Below, piece after piece: positions 46,939 through 57,480 of a DNA stretch of 64,000 nt (its first letter is position 1; every line of letters starts with the position of its first letter). The notes beneath the pieces are model-generated. The model was not told where the DNA came from and did not search any database. It saw only the letters and a list, made by a program, of their open reading frames with translations. The position numbers and the translations under genes were made by a program. This stretch comes from an uncultured virus (IMG/VR IMGVR_UViG_3300042336_000327) (lineage: Duplodnaviria; Heunggongvirae; Uroviricota; Caudoviricetes). The stretch lies in IMG/VR virus record IMGVR_UViG_3300042336_000327, positions 62,001 through 126,000 of that record, one strand, 5' to 3'.

Positions 46939-47627
46939 CAACCCAGTACCAAGTCTCATCTTTAGATACATTTTATACTTTTGCCAACCAAAAATTCAGA
47001 GATCCAAATGAGGTTTCTGTAATTTTTGATGTTGGTTCTTTGCATTGTTTGGAGTCTATTGAATTCTCCAAACGATATAAGAATGCAAGGATATTTGCAT
47101 TTGAAGCAAACCCAGATTCTTATCAAGTTTGTTTAGAGAATACCAAAGACATTGATAACATTACAGTCATTAATAAAGCTGTGAATAGTTACAATGGAAT
47201 ATGCACTTTTTATCCTATTGACCCTGAGAAAACTGTTACTCCTTGGTTTGATGGAAATAGAGGTGCATCTAGTCTTTATAAAGCAAATGGCACATATGAC
47301 CATATTGAAAAATACGTCCAAAAAGAATTGGAAGTTGATTGTGTGAGACTAGATTCTTTTTGTGAAGAAAATGGAATTGAGAATATTGATTTGATGTGGA
47401 TGGACCTTCAGGGTGCTGAGTTAATTGCATTAGAATCAATGGGCGAAAAACTTCTTTCAACTGTTCAGGTGATTCATACAGAGTTGGAGATTAATCCAAT
47501 GTATGATGGGCAGTGTCTTTTTGATGATGTAAATAATTTTTTGAAAACTCACAATTTCTATAGGGCTTATGGAAATACTGGAGTTCATTTCGGAACAGAT
47601 TTTATCTTTGTAAATAAAGGAAAATGA
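46935..47627 (+). CDS. FkbM-family methyltransferase
   Basis: FDVGS, FEANP, SSL, RLD, MDLQGAEL. Confidence 0.88.
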   Translation: MTTQYQVSSLDTFYTFANQKFRDPNEVSVIFDVGSLHCLESIEFSKRYKNARIFAFEANPDSYQVCLENTKDIDNITVINKAVNSYNGICTFYPIDPEKTVTPWFDGNRGASSLYKANGTYDHIEKYVQKELEVDCVRLDSFCEENGIENIDLMWMDLQGAELIALESMGEKLLSTVQVIHTELEINPMYDGQCLFDDVNNFLKTHNFYRAYGNTGVHFGTDFIFVNKGK

Positions 47628-48352
47628 ACGTATTTTTTGGACAACCTTGGGGTGGATTAGGTGACAATCTTCAATTCACTACCCTACCTAAATTGTATGC
47701 AGAAAAGGGATATAATTTTTATATCAGTGCTGACAATACATATAGAAACCCTGAGATTTATGAATTTTGTTGGAGAGACAATCCTTATGTAAAAGGTGTT
47801 GCAACCAATCATGCAAACATTGGTTCATGTGCTCCCGATCTTAAAAATGGAACAACAGACAACATTGTTTCTGCTGCAGAAATTCGGCATGGATTTGCAG
47901 GTGACGGTAGATATCCTGAAATCTATTATCAACCAAATCTTTTAGAGGAATATAGAGATAAGACGATTGTTGATTTGTCTGCACATACTTTATTGAAGAA
48001 TGATGTCGGTGAATTTTATGATGCTGATAAATTATTTTCATTGGTAGAATCTTCTATTCCTGATGATGCATTATTGGTAACTTTTAAAAATGTAAATTCA
48101 CTTTCACTTTCAGGTGGATTTGAATTTGAAAATAATCCTCTTGAGATTGAGAGTATTTTCCAGTATGCTGATATCATTCATAGTGCAAAGGATTATTTCT
48201 GTCTCTACTCTGGAGGAAACTCCATGGCAGCAGCGATTAAATATAAGTATGGTTCCGAAGTAAATCTCAATTGCTTTTTACATGGAACCGTTCAAGAACA
48301 TAAAGACAAGGGATTTTTTGTTTTTGATAATGTAAATTATATTGAGGTGTAA
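47624..48352 (+). CDS. Putative glycosyltransferase-like protein
   Basis: GGLGDNL N-terminal motif, NPYV; glycan-island context. Confidence 0.5.
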   Translation: MNVFFGQPWGGLGDNLQFTTLPKLYAEKGYNFYISADNTYRNPEIYEFCWRDNPYVKGVATNHANIGSCAPDLKNGTTDNIVSAAEIRHGFAGDGRYPEIYYQPNLLEEYRDKTIVDLSAHTLLKNDVGEFYDADKLFSLVESSIPDDALLVTFKNVNSLSLSGGFEFENNPLEIESIFQYADIIHSAKDYFCLYSGGNSMAAAIKYKYGSEVNLNCFLHGTVQEHKDKGFFVFDNVNYIEV

Positions 48353-48353
48353 G

Positions 48354-49049
48354 ATGAAAATCTGTATCCTGACCATTGCAACAAACAAGTATATTCAGTT
48401 CGTTGAAAGACTTCTTGATAATATTGAAGAGAACTTTCTCAATGGACATGAGATTGAGTGTTTGCTTTTCACAGACCATGAAGTTGAAGCATCTGACAAT
48501 GTGCGAGTTTGTCAGATTGACCACGAACCTTGGCCAATGCCAACTCTGAAGAGATACAACTACTTTGTAAAAGAAAAAGAGTTTATCTCTCAGTTTGATT
48601 ATTGCTTCTACTTTGATGTGGATATGGGTCTGGTAGATAAGGTTGGTGATGAGGTTCTAAGCGACCTGGTTGCCACTCAGCACCCCTACCAGTCCTTCTA
48701 TCCTAAGGAGCAGAGGTCTTACGATAGAAACCCACAGTCGCTGGCATACGTCCCTGTGGGTGAGGAAGGAGAGGACTATTACGCTGGTGGATTCAATGGT
48801 GGATCTACTAAAAGATTTCTTGAGATGGCAGAGGTTCTTGCAGACCGTGTGACTAAAGACCTTGAGAATGGTGTGATTGCTTTGTGGCATGATGAGTCAC
48901 AGATGAATCGTTACCTGATTGATAATCCACCCACTTTGAGTCTGACACCTTCGTATTGTTTTGCCGAAGAACAAATGGGAAATCCAGATTATCCCTTTGC
49001 TCCTAAAATTATTGCCCTAAAGAAAAATCATTCTGAACTCAGAGCATGA
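48354..49049 (+). CDS. GT6 (ABO-like) alpha-1,3-glycosyltransferase
   Basis: IATNKY, FTD, DVD, HP, YYAGGFNGG, WHDES..NRY, ALKKNH. Confidence 0.88.
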   Translation: MKICILTIATNKYIQFVERLLDNIEENFLNGHEIECLLFTDHEVEASDNVRVCQIDHEPWPMPTLKRYNYFVKEKEFISQFDYCFYFDVDMGLVDKVGDEVLSDLVATQHPYQSFYPKEQRSYDRNPQSLAYVPVGEEGEDYYAGGFNGGSTKRFLEMAEVLADRVTKDLENGVIALWHDESQMNRYLIDNPPTLSLTPSYCFAEEQMGNPDYPFAPKIIALKKNHSELRA

Positions 49050-49906
49050 AAATATTAATCACAGGACATAAAGGATTTGTCGGAAAATACTTCATGAGGA
49101 AGTATGCTGATCATGATATTGTTGGTATCGATATTAAAGATGGCAATGATTGTAGAGATTACTTCAAGACTTCAGAGGATAAGTTTGATTTAGTAGTCCA
49201 TCTAGCAGCAATCGTTGGTGGTCGTCAGACAATCGAACATAATCCTTTATCAGTAGCAACTGACCTTTCTATTGATTCCGAAATGTGTCAGTGGGCACTT
49301 CGAACTAAACCAACACGCATTATTTACTTTTCATCTTCTGCTGCCTATCCAACCAAACTGCAGACACAGAAGTATCAATTAAAGGAAACTGATATTGATT
49401 TATCAGATATCAATAACCCTGATATGACTTATGGTTGGTCTAAATTGACGGGTGAATTTTTGATGCAGTTTTTAGAAGCAGAAGGTATAAAGATTAATGT
49501 CTTTAGACCTTTTAGTGGATATGGAACCGACCAAGATTTAGATTATCCTTTCCCATCTTATATTAATAGAGCTAGAAATCTTGCAGACCCATTTGATATA
49601 TGGGGAGATGGAAATCAGGTTAGGGATTTTATTCATATGCATGATATAATTGAAGCAGTAGATACTGCAATCAAAGAGGATATTCAAGGTCCTGTAAATC
49701 TTGGTTGGGGCATTGCTACTTCTTTCAATGAACTGTTTTCTTTAGTCACTTCATTGAAAGGATATAGTCCAACTCCGAATCATATTCCAACTGCTCCTGT
49801 TGGAGTTCAATATCGGGTTTGTGATCCATCAAAAATGCTAAGTTTTTACACTCCTAAAATTTCTTTAGAAGAAGGTATATTGAGAGCCCTTAGAGGTGAA
49901 GTATGA
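49046..49906 (+). CDS. NAD-dependent epimerase/dehydratase
   Basis: TGHKGFVG, SSSAAY, YGWSK, RDFIH. Confidence 0.9.
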   Translation: MKILITGHKGFVGKYFMRKYADHDIVGIDIKDGNDCRDYFKTSEDKFDLVVHLAAIVGGRQTIEHNPLSVATDLSIDSEMCQWALRTKPTRIIYFSSSAAYPTKLQTQKYQLKETDIDLSDINNPDMTYGWSKLTGEFLMQFLEAEGIKINVFRPFSGYGTDQDLDYPFPSYINRARNLADPFDIWGDGNQVRDFIHMHDIIEAVDTAIKEDIQGPVNLGWGIATSFNELFSLVTSLKGYSPTPNHIPTAPVGVQYRVCDPSKMLSFYTPKISLEEGILRALRGEV

Positions 49907-50547
49907 AGTTAAAACTGACAGAACTACCAGTTGTTTATATTAACTTAGATGAACAATCCCGTAGGCGGGAGTTGATGGAAGAGAATCTAGAAAAACTAGG
50001 ATTCAAAAATGTTATTAGGGTTTCTGCATTCAAAGACCCAATAGGTAAAAGGGGATGTGCTTATTCCCATGCTTTGGCATTGGAGGAAGTAGATTCTCCC
50101 TTTATTGTTTTAGAGGATGATTGCATTCCTCTTAACTTTGTAGATGAGATTGAGATTCCTGATGAGGCAGATGCTGTTTATCTAGGAATTTCTTCATGGG
50201 GAAGAATGAACTCTCACTCTGGACCTTGTGTTCAGTGGGACAAAGTAGAGGGGTATGATGATTTAGTTCGCATTTATAATATGGTTAGTGCCCATGCAAT
50301 TCTCTATATCAATCCTGACTACGTTGATTTGTGCAAGCGAATTGCCTATCATGGGTATTTGATTTCCGATCATCATGATATTGGATTTGCTGATGTTCAA
50401 AAGTATTATGATGTATATGCTTTTGATGAACCTATGTTCTATCAAACCAGTTCTAACGGAACGGATGGTAAATTGACAGATTATCCTTCAGTAGAGTTTA
50501 TGTCTCCCGACCAACGTTTTTGGTTACCATTGAGGGTTAAAGAATGA
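49903..50547 (+). CDS. GT25-like glycosyltransferase
   Basis: YINLD...RR, GC..SH, VLEDD. Confidence 0.75.
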   Translation: MKLKLTELPVVYINLDEQSRRRELMEENLEKLGFKNVIRVSAFKDPIGKRGCAYSHALALEEVDSPFIVLEDDCIPLNFVDEIEIPDEADAVYLGISSWGRMNSHSGPCVQWDKVEGYDDLVRIYNMVSAHAILYINPDYVDLCKRIAYHGYLISDHHDIGFADVQKYYDVYAFDEPMFYQTSSNGTDGKLTDYPSVEFMSPDQRFWLPLRVKE

Positions 50548-51482
50548 AAAAGGTAGTAATATGGGGACATAAGATTGGAACTCATACTCACTCTTATGTA
50601 CATTTCGGATATTGGCGGGCAGCAGATTATCTTGGATATGAAGTTGAATGGTTTGATGATGATGACGATGTGAGTAATGTAGATTTTTCTGAATCTATTT
50701 TTATTACTGAGCATAATGTTTGTAAGAATATGCCAGTTTTAGATGACTGTGTGTATTTTAATCACAATGCAGATTTGCCTTTTGGGCTTTCTGATAGAGA
50801 TACTCCATATCGCTTAACGCATCCAAGGTATTTTAACTTTGTTTATTTTGCAGATCGTTGGAATCCTGCAGATAATATTACTTGGTCAAGTGATGATGAG
50901 TTGCAGAAGATAAGTTTGCACCATTATTTTCATCCAAAGACGAAGACAATTACAACGATGTGGGCAACTGATTTACTGCCCGATGAAATCGATCAAGTTG
51001 AACCTGAATTGTTTGATGAGTCGAGAGATAGCATTTATTTTATCGGAACTCCAAACGGGCAGAATATCCTAGAGTTTAAAAATATCTGTGAAAGGCACGG
51101 AAAGTATTTTAGGAATCCTGGTGGATGGTCTGGTATTTACTCTAACAGTGCTCCAGACATCAATCAAAACATTCAGATGGTAAGAGACTCTTATATTTCA
51201 GTTGATATACGAGATGCTCCCCATTTGGTGCAGGGTAGATATTATCCTTGTAGATTATTTAAGAACATTAGTTATGGTAGATGGACGGGTTCAAATCATC
51301 CAGAAATTGCCGATGTTTTTGGAGAACACTTTACAACCGATTCCAATCTAGAAAATCTATATCAGAAACTGGTTGAAGATTCTAGAAACTGCACTGAAGA
51401 GAAAATGAGAAGTGCGATGTCCTTCATTAGAGATGGGCATACCTATGTAAGTAGATTAAAGGACATGTTTGCAATCTTATGA
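50544..51482 (+). CDS. Putative glycosyltransferase
   Basis: HTHSYVH, WATDLLP, PCRLFKNISYG, HTYVSR; island context. Confidence 0.5.
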   Translation: MKKVVIWGHKIGTHTHSYVHFGYWRAADYLGYEVEWFDDDDDVSNVDFSESIFITEHNVCKNMPVLDDCVYFNHNADLPFGLSDRDTPYRLTHPRYFNFVYFADRWNPADNITWSSDDELQKISLHHYFHPKTKTITTMWATDLLPDEIDQVEPELFDESRDSIYFIGTPNGQNILEFKNICERHGKYFRNPGGWSGIYSNSAPDINQNIQMVRDSYISVDIRDAPHLVQGRYYPCRLFKNISYGRWTGSNHPEIADVFGEHFTTDSNLENLYQKLVEDSRNCTEEKMRSAMSFIRDGHTYVSRLKDMFAIL

Positions 51483-52378
51483 AAAAAGCATTAGTTACAG
51501 GTGGTGCAGGATTTATTGGATCTAATCTGGTAGATTTACTATTGGCAAATGACTACGACGTAATGGTCATAGACAATGAATCTGCCAATAGTCATGATGA
51601 GTATTATTGGAATCCTGGTGCTAGAAACTATCAGTTTGATTTAAGTTCTCCTGATAATCTTGGAACTCTAACAGAAATGTGTAGGGGATGTGATTACATT
51701 TTTCATCTAGCATCTGATGTTTCCATTCCTTATTGTATTGAGAATCCAGACAAAGCATATCTCAATAATGTATCAAGTCTTTGTCACGTTTTGGAAGCAG
51801 CAAGAGTTGCTAAGGTTGATAAAGTTGTATTTTCATCTACAGCAGCAATCTACGGTCTGACTGATAAAATTTGCTTAGAGACTGATACCCCAGACCCTTT
51901 GAATCCTTATTCAGTTTCTAAGTTGTCTGGTGAATATTTGATGAAGATGTATGCTGACTTATATAATGTGAAGACAGTAACTCTTAGATACTTTAATGTC
52001 TATGGACCACGCCAACCAAAGACGGGTCAATACGCTCCTGTGATGGGAATTTTTCTAGATCAGAGAAAGGATGGAAAAACCTTGACTGTTGTTGGTGATG
52101 GCAGACAAACTAGAGACTTTATTCATGTATCTGATATTGCCTCAGCAAACCTTACTGTTGCTGAAAAGGATGTTGAGACTTATGGACAAGTCTATAATGT
52201 TGGAACTGGTAAGGCTACAACGATTAAAAAAATTGCTGAGATGATTTCCAGTGATATTACACACATTCCACCAAGACCTGCGGAAGCAAGGCAGAGTTTG
52301 GCAAATGTATCTAAGATAAAGAGAGTTTATGGGTGGCAATCGAGTATAAAACTTGAGGATTGGATTTCTGAGCAATGA
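51479..52378 (+). CDS. NAD-dependent epimerase (UDP-glucose 4-epimerase/WcaG-like)
   Basis: TGGAGFIG, SSTAAIYG, YSVSK, RYFNVYGP, RDFIHV. Confidence 0.92.
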   Translation: MKKALVTGGAGFIGSNLVDLLLANDYDVMVIDNESANSHDEYYWNPGARNYQFDLSSPDNLGTLTEMCRGCDYIFHLASDVSIPYCIENPDKAYLNNVSSLCHVLEAARVAKVDKVVFSSTAAIYGLTDKICLETDTPDPLNPYSVSKLSGEYLMKMYADLYNVKTVTLRYFNVYGPRQPKTGQYAPVMGIFLDQRKDGKTLTVVGDGRQTRDFIHVSDIASANLTVAEKDVETYGQVYNVGTGKATTIKKIAEMISSDITHIPPRPAEARQSLANVSKIKRVYGWQSSIKLEDWISEQ

Positions 52379-53397
52379 AAAAAGTTCTACATCTATCACA
52401 CCATTATGGTTGCCTGAAGGACCATCAATATGTTTGTAATGAATTGGGTTTGGATTTAACCAATAAACTTTCAATTTGGAACCAAATCCTTGAGAGAGAT
52501 CATTATGTGATTAGTAAAGATTATGCAAACTCTGTTTGGCAAAAGAACAAAGAATACTTTAATTCTTTTGATTTTGTAATTACCTCAGACACTGCTCCAC
52601 TTTCACGAATTTTTCTTGAGAATATTCAAGAATTTACTGGCCAATTGATTATCTGGGTCTGTAATCGATTTAATTATGATATGCAAGGTGATAGTGATTA
52701 TCATACCTTGTTCGCTCAAGCAACAACAATGGATAATGTAAAAGTGATTCCATATACTGAATTTGAAAGAGTGTGGGCAAAGCACTTTGGAGTGAATATC
52801 ACTGAAGAAGTTGTGAGACCTATTGGTTATTCAATTGATACTTCGCTTTCTGATGAAGATGATTTGAAATTAATCGGATTTGGTGGGGATTACGGAGATG
52901 AATTGAAAGGTGGAGATGTGCTTATATCTCGCTATCATAATGACACAATTTTTCAAGATAGTATAAAATTATTTGATTCCTATAATTTAGTTGCAGATGT
53001 TTGTAAGTACAGGGGGTACTCTGGACTTGTTGAACTTGCAAAGAAATATCAAGCATATTTTATTTTACCAGAGCAGTATTCTAAACTTGCAGCATTTGAA
53101 ATGATGGGCATTGGATTGCCTGTCATTCTTCCATCTGAGGATTTGATATTTAAACTTTCGAGACAACCAAATTATTGGTTTGGTAGCGGTCTCTATCAGA
53201 ATACTGTTCAGACATGTGAATGGTATAATGAATACTTTGATAAGTTTGCAGTTTATATTGATGACTTCTCTGAAATACCAGAAGCATTTCGAACTGTTGT
53301 TTCACACAGAGAAGAGATTTGTGCTATAATGTTAGAATGCAGTAAAACCCATAAGGAAAAAACCCTACAACAATGGAGGAAAATCTATAATGTCTAA
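52375..53397 (+). CDS. Hypothetical protein (glycosyltransferase-like context)
   Basis: Coupled ORF; FEMMGIGLPV resembles a GT-B motif. Confidence 0.5.
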   Translation: MKKVLHLSHHYGCLKDHQYVCNELGLDLTNKLSIWNQILERDHYVISKDYANSVWQKNKEYFNSFDFVITSDTAPLSRIFLENIQEFTGQLIIWVCNRFNYDMQGDSDYHTLFAQATTMDNVKVIPYTEFERVWAKHFGVNITEEVVRPIGYSIDTSLSDEDDLKLIGFGGDYGDELKGGDVLISRYHNDTIFQDSIKLFDSYNLVADVCKYRGYSGLVELAKKYQAYFILPEQYSKLAAFEMMGIGLPVILPSEDLIFKLSRQPNYWFGSGLYQNTVQTCEWYNEYFDKFAVYIDDFSEIPEAFRTVVSHREEICAIMLECSKTHKEKTLQQWRKIYNV

Positions 53398-54109
53398 TGC
53401 ATTAGAAAAGTATAAAGAGTATATGGATAATGCTCACGCAAAATATACTACTGATGAAGAATTTAAAAAGTATTACGGAAGAGTTCCTAAGTTCCGTTAC
53501 GATACAATGAAGTATTGCTGGGACCAAGTTGTAGAGAATGGTTTTACTACAATTGTTGAACTTGGAACAACTCGCAGTTTTGTTGATGGTAAGTTTCCTG
53601 GATGCAATAGTGATGATATTAAGTTTTGGCAACCAGAAAATCCTGATGTGTGGGACTGGGCAGCGGGTTGCTTCACCCGTGTTGTTGGTGAATTAATTCA
53701 GGGAACAGATATTGATTTCATCACTGTTGATTTGGAACCACGTCATATTCGTAGAAGTAAAGTTGTAACTGAAGGTCTTGATAACATTGAGCATGTTGTT
53801 ATGTCCTCTGAGGAGTTTCTAGAACTCGGTGAAGGTAAGATTGATTTTCTGTACATGGACACTGGGGATATGACTCCCATTGAACCAACTGCAGAACTTC
53901 ATTTGAGAGAATCTAAGATTATCGTTGAAAGGGATTTAATCAGCGACAAAGGAATTATTCTGATTGATGATGTTAGGAATACAACTCCTAAGATTATTGC
54001 TGAAGATGAATCTGATTATGGTAAGGCAAAATATTCAATTCCTTATCTGATTGATAATGGATTTGAATTGGTAATGGACGAATATCAGGTAGTTCTCCAG
54101 AAGAAATGA
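53390..54109 (+). CDS. Class I SAM-dependent methyltransferase-like protein
   Basis: IVELGT, TVDL, IDFLYMD, IILIDD. Confidence 0.7.
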   Translation: MSNALEKYKEYMDNAHAKYTTDEEFKKYYGRVPKFRYDTMKYCWDQVVENGFTTIVELGTTRSFVDGKFPGCNSDDIKFWQPENPDVWDWAAGCFTRVVGELIQGTDIDFITVDLEPRHIRRSKVVTEGLDNIEHVVMSSEEFLELGEGKIDFLYMDTGDMTPIEPTAELHLRESKIIVERDLISDKGIILIDDVRNTTPKIIAEDESDYGKAKYSIPYLIDNGFELVMDEYQVVLQKK

Positions 54110-54825
54110 AACTAAGTATTTTTTCTCCAGTTGTTAATTTTCCTCAGTTCTTGGAATTGCAATGCATTCAGTTCCAAGAAAATCTGACGTGTGATTATCG
54201 TCTTTTTGCAATAGATGATTCAAAGGATCCAGATATTAGCAATGAGTTCATGAGAATTTGTGAGATGTATGATGCAACATACATCAAGAATATGAATTCA
54301 GATGTTGCTGGACCTTCGGCATCTCACGCAAATGCAATTCAATATGCACTTGATAATATCATCTATAGGTCTTGTATGGATGATGTTGTTTTCCTTGTGG
54401 ATAGTGATTGCTTTTTGATGGAAAAGTTTGATATGGTCAATTATATGGAAGATAAAGTTATATCTTCATATATGCAAAGTCGAGAAGATGTTAATTATCT
54501 TTGGCCAGGATTTACTCTTTTAAATATGCCTAAATTAAAAGAGATGTCTGGGAGACCAAGATTTTTTCCAGGATCGTTTGGTGGGCAACTGTGTGATACT
54601 GGTGGAGAATCTTATAACTTTTTAAACGAAAATAATATTACCCCAGAATCTATAGACTGTGTATTTGAGGGTGATTATCGTGGTCAAACTCTTATTAATA
54701 TGGAAACTTTTATGAATGGGAAGTTTCTTCACTTTAGAGGTGGAACTTTATGGGATGGTAAGGTAAATGTATTCAATCAAAAGGTCGAAATTTTAAACAA
54801 CATATTGAACCATGGACAAGAATAA
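54106..54825 (+). CDS. Putative GT-A glycosyltransferase
   Basis: SH, VDSD, DTGG, FLHFRGG. Confidence 0.55.
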   Translation: MKLSIFSPVVNFPQFLELQCIQFQENLTCDYRLFAIDDSKDPDISNEFMRICEMYDATYIKNMNSDVAGPSASHANAIQYALDNIIYRSCMDDVVFLVDSDCFLMEKFDMVNYMEDKVISSYMQSREDVNYLWPGFTLLNMPKLKEMSGRPRFFPGSFGGQLCDTGGESYNFLNENNITPESIDCVFEGDYRGQTLINMETFMNGKFLHFRGGTLWDGKVNVFNQKVEILNNILNHGQE

Positions 54826-55603
54826 AGCAGCGTATAAACTTAAAGGTCTTCCTCCCATCTATTATATCAATCTTGATGGGCAACCAGAAAGGGCACAATA
54901 TATGGAAGGTCAGTTTAAGTACTGGGAAATTGAAAACTTTGAGAGAATCTCTGCTTATGATGGTAGAGAAGATGATCTAGGTTCAATTCTAAAAGGTCGA
55001 TATCCTGACATGATGAATTCGGGAGAGGTTGGATGTGTAACTTCTCACCTGAAAGTTCTTAAGCATTTTGTTGAGACCTCTGATGCTCCATGTGCTTTAA
55101 TCATGGAGGATGATTGTGATATTTCCACAGTTTCATATTGGCCATTTACTTGGAAAGATTTCTTTTCCAAAATTCCGTATGCTTATGATGTGGTTCAACT
55201 TGCGATTATTAATCCAGCACAAATTAATATTCCAATTCATCGTCGTTTTGTAAATGATTTTTCTACGGCATGTTATTTGATTACTCGTCGTCACGCACAA
55301 AAGTTAATTGAACTGCATGTTAGAGGTGACAAATATAAACTGGATAATGGAGTTAAGCCAAGGGCAGTTGCAGATGACTTGATTTATAACTCTGGCAATA
55401 CTTATGCAATCCCTTTATTTCTTTATAAGATTGAACTTGGATCAACAATCCATACAGAACATGTAGATGTATTTCATAAATCAAGTTATGATGGTCTGTG
55501 GGATTTTTGGAAAAACGAATCCAATAAGATTGATGATTGGAATCAATTTTTCGAATTGAATCCTTACTATGGAACTCTTCCACCTGGTTGGGAAGGCAAA
55601 TAG
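54812..55603 (+). CDS. GT25 glycosyltransferase
   Basis: YINLD, RISAYDG, GEVGC..SH, IMEDD, CYLI. Confidence 0.82.
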   Translation: MDKNKAAYKLKGLPPIYYINLDGQPERAQYMEGQFKYWEIENFERISAYDGREDDLGSILKGRYPDMMNSGEVGCVTSHLKVLKHFVETSDAPCALIMEDDCDISTVSYWPFTWKDFFSKIPYAYDVVQLAIINPAQINIPIHRRFVNDFSTACYLITRRHAQKLIELHVRGDKYKLDNGVKPRAVADDLIYNSGNTYAIPLFLYKIELGSTIHTEHVDVFHKSSYDGLWDFWKNESNKIDDWNQFFELNPYYGTLPPGWEGK

Positions 55604-55705
55604 TAAGCATTTATACTTAATAAATCGGGAAACCGTAACAAAGGGGGCTTGACGCCCCTTTATTTTTGCTATATAATTGTGTAACAATTCTTAACGAATG
55701 TAACG

Positions 55706-55900
55706 ATGACTGTAACAACGAATGAGTATGGGCAGCAAAATATGTTTGCTAAAGAGCCCGTAATGTACTATGAAAATTATGGGATGGATACGCCCAATCA
55801 AGTAAAGGAGAAAACTAATGGGCGTTGGGCAATGGTCGGCATTATTGCTGGGTTTATTTCTTATGCTCTCACTGACAAGTTCTTCTTCGGAATCTTCTGA
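55706..55900 (+). CDS. hli: High-light-inducible protein
   Basis: NMFAKEP, EKTNGRWAMVG. Confidence 0.9.
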   Translation: MTVTTNEYGQQNMFAKEPVMYYENYGMDTPNQVKEKTNGRWAMVGIIAGFISYALTDKFFFGIF

Positions 55901-55913
55901 CAATTGATTGACA

Positions 55914-56000
55914 ATGACTTCAATTATCTTTACAATTACTAGTGTTGCCTTTCTCGTATTACTGGCACACTCCGTAAATCAACTATCAGAAACTTATTAA
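55914..56000 (+). CDS. 28-aa hydrophobic peptide
   Basis: MTSIIFTITSVAFLVLLAHSVNQLSETY fills the gap between hli and petF. Confidence 0.45.
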   Translation: MTSIIFTITSVAFLVLLAHSVNQLSETY

Positions 56001-56003
56001 ACT

Positions 56004-56294
56004 ATGGCTTATAATGTTACTCTCCGCTCTCCCGATGGCACTGAGACCACCATCCAGTGTGAAGGTGATCAGTACATTCTTGAAGCAGCAGAAGACGCAG
56101 GTGTCGATCTTCCTTCCTCCTGTAAGGCAGGTGCTTGCTCTGCCTGTGCTGGAAAACTGATTAGTGGCACCGTCGATAATGAAGAACAGTCTTTCCTGGA
56201 TGATGACCAAATTGCTGACGGTTGGGTACTCACATGTGTTGCCTATCCTACTAGCGATTGTGTGATTCTCACTGAGCAAGAGGAAAACCTGTGA
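56004..56294 (+). CDS. petF: Plant-type [2Fe-2S] ferredoxin
   Basis: [25 protein letters not shown]. Confidence 0.97.
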   Translation: MAYNVTLRSPDGTETTIQCEGDQYILEAAEDAGVDLPSSCKAGACSACAGKLISGTVDNEEQSFLDDDQIADGWVLTCVAYPTSDCVILTEQEENL

Positions 56295-56566
56295 CCGCTG
56301 GAATGCTTGGGCAGTTTGCACTTGCCCTTCAAGAACTTGGGTGGGATATGAATGATGAACTCTCTGTTGAGATTGGTGGAGTAGCAGTAACTGGAACTGC
56401 GACTCACCCAGACGCAAATGCAAAGTGGGCGAAGCCATTTGGAACCGTAACCTATCAGAACGACGCTTTTATTGTTATCAAGAATAAAACCAGAAGTCCT
56501 ATGGTCTTCTCCCAACCCAATCCAGAACTTAAACAACAACACCCCTATCAAGGAGAAAAAAAATGA
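56291..56566 (+). CDS. Hypothetical protein
   Basis: GTGA coupling with petF. Confidence 0.65.
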   Translation: MTAGMLGQFALALQELGWDMNDELSVEIGGVAVTGTATHPDANAKWAKPFGTVTYQNDAFIVIKNKTRSPMVFSQPNPELKQQHPYQGEKK

Positions 56567-56682
56567 AATTCGGTTTTACCCCTGAGGCAGAAATCCTCAA
56601 TTCTCGTCTGGCAATGCTTGGTTTCGTTGCAGCTGTTGCCTCTTATGCTTTCACTGGTCAAGTAATTCCTGGTGTTTGGTGA
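56563..56682 (+). CDS. hli: High-light-inducible protein (39 aa)
   Basis: AEILNSRLAMLGF...TGQVIPG. Not in the ORF track. Confidence 0.9.
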   Translation: MKFGFTPEAEILNSRLAMLGFVAAVASYAFTGQVIPGVW

Positions 56683-56693
56683 TGGAGGTTAAA

Positions 56694-57221
56694 ATGCGTA
56701 GCGAAGGATATCAAGTTCCTCAAGTTCAATTCACCTTTCGTGAGTCTGGTGAGTTTGTAAATCGTACAACTTCGGAACTTTTTGATGGTAAGCGTGTGGT
56801 TATTTTCAGTCTGCCTGGTGCATTCACTCCTACTTGCTCTGCTTATCAGCTGCCTGGATTTGAAGAGAAGTACGAAGATTTTATTGGACTTGGCATTGAT
56901 GACATTTATTGCATCTCTGTTAATGATGGGTTTGTAATGAATGCCTGGGCTAAGGACCAGAATATTGCTAATGTCAAACTCATCCCAGACGGCAATGCTT
57001 ACTTCACACGTTCTATGGGAATGCTTGTCAGCAAGTCTAACCTTGGTTTCGGTGATCGCTCTTGGCGTTATGCTGCGGTCGTGGATAACGGAGTCATCGA
57101 GAAACTATTCGTGGAAGTGGGGCAACGGGACAACGCCGACACCGACCCTTATGAGCAGACTACTCCAGAAAATGTTCTAGAGTATGTGTCAGCAAATGTG
57201 AAGGTTGGCACTACTGTTTGA
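56694..57221 (+). CDS. Type II peroxiredoxin (Prx5-like)
   Basis: LPGAFTPTCS, SVND.FVM.AW, RSWRY. Confidence 0.93.
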   Translation: MRSEGYQVPQVQFTFRESGEFVNRTTSELFDGKRVVIFSLPGAFTPTCSAYQLPGFEEKYEDFIGLGIDDIYCISVNDGFVMNAWAKDQNIANVKLIPDGNAYFTRSMGMLVSKSNLGFGDRSWRYAAVVDNGVIEKLFVEVGQRDNADTDPYEQTTPENVLEYVSANVKVGTTV

Positions 57222-57241
57222 TATAAGACTTCATAATATTT

Positions 57242-57275
57242 AACTCTGTTGCTAAATAAGCAGCAGAGTTTTTTA
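57242..57275 (+). terminator. Terminator hairpin with TAAATA late promoter in its loop
   Basis: AACTCTGTTGCT-AAATA-AGCAGCAGAGTT-TTTT. Confidence 0.7.
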
Positions 57276-57280
57276 GTATT

Positions 57281-57445
57281 ATGCCACGCGGACACCTGAC
57301 CAAAGATATTATCAAGTGTGAGGTTATTAAATTAAAGGCAGACTTGGATAAAGAGTGGATGAATAAGTCTGGATATGATCCTAAGTGGTTAGCCCATCAT
57401 TATCTCAACAAAGTTCTTGATAAAATAGAGGAATACAGGGTATAA
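57281..57445 (+). CDS. Hypothetical 54-aa protein (MPRGHLTKD...)
   Basis: Translated by hand. Confidence 0.6.
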   Translation: MPRGHLTKDIIKCEVIKLKADLDKEWMNKSGYDPKWLAHHYLNKVLDKIEEYRV

Positions 57446-57480
57446 TAAATACTATTATTAAAAAGAAAACCTTTATATTA

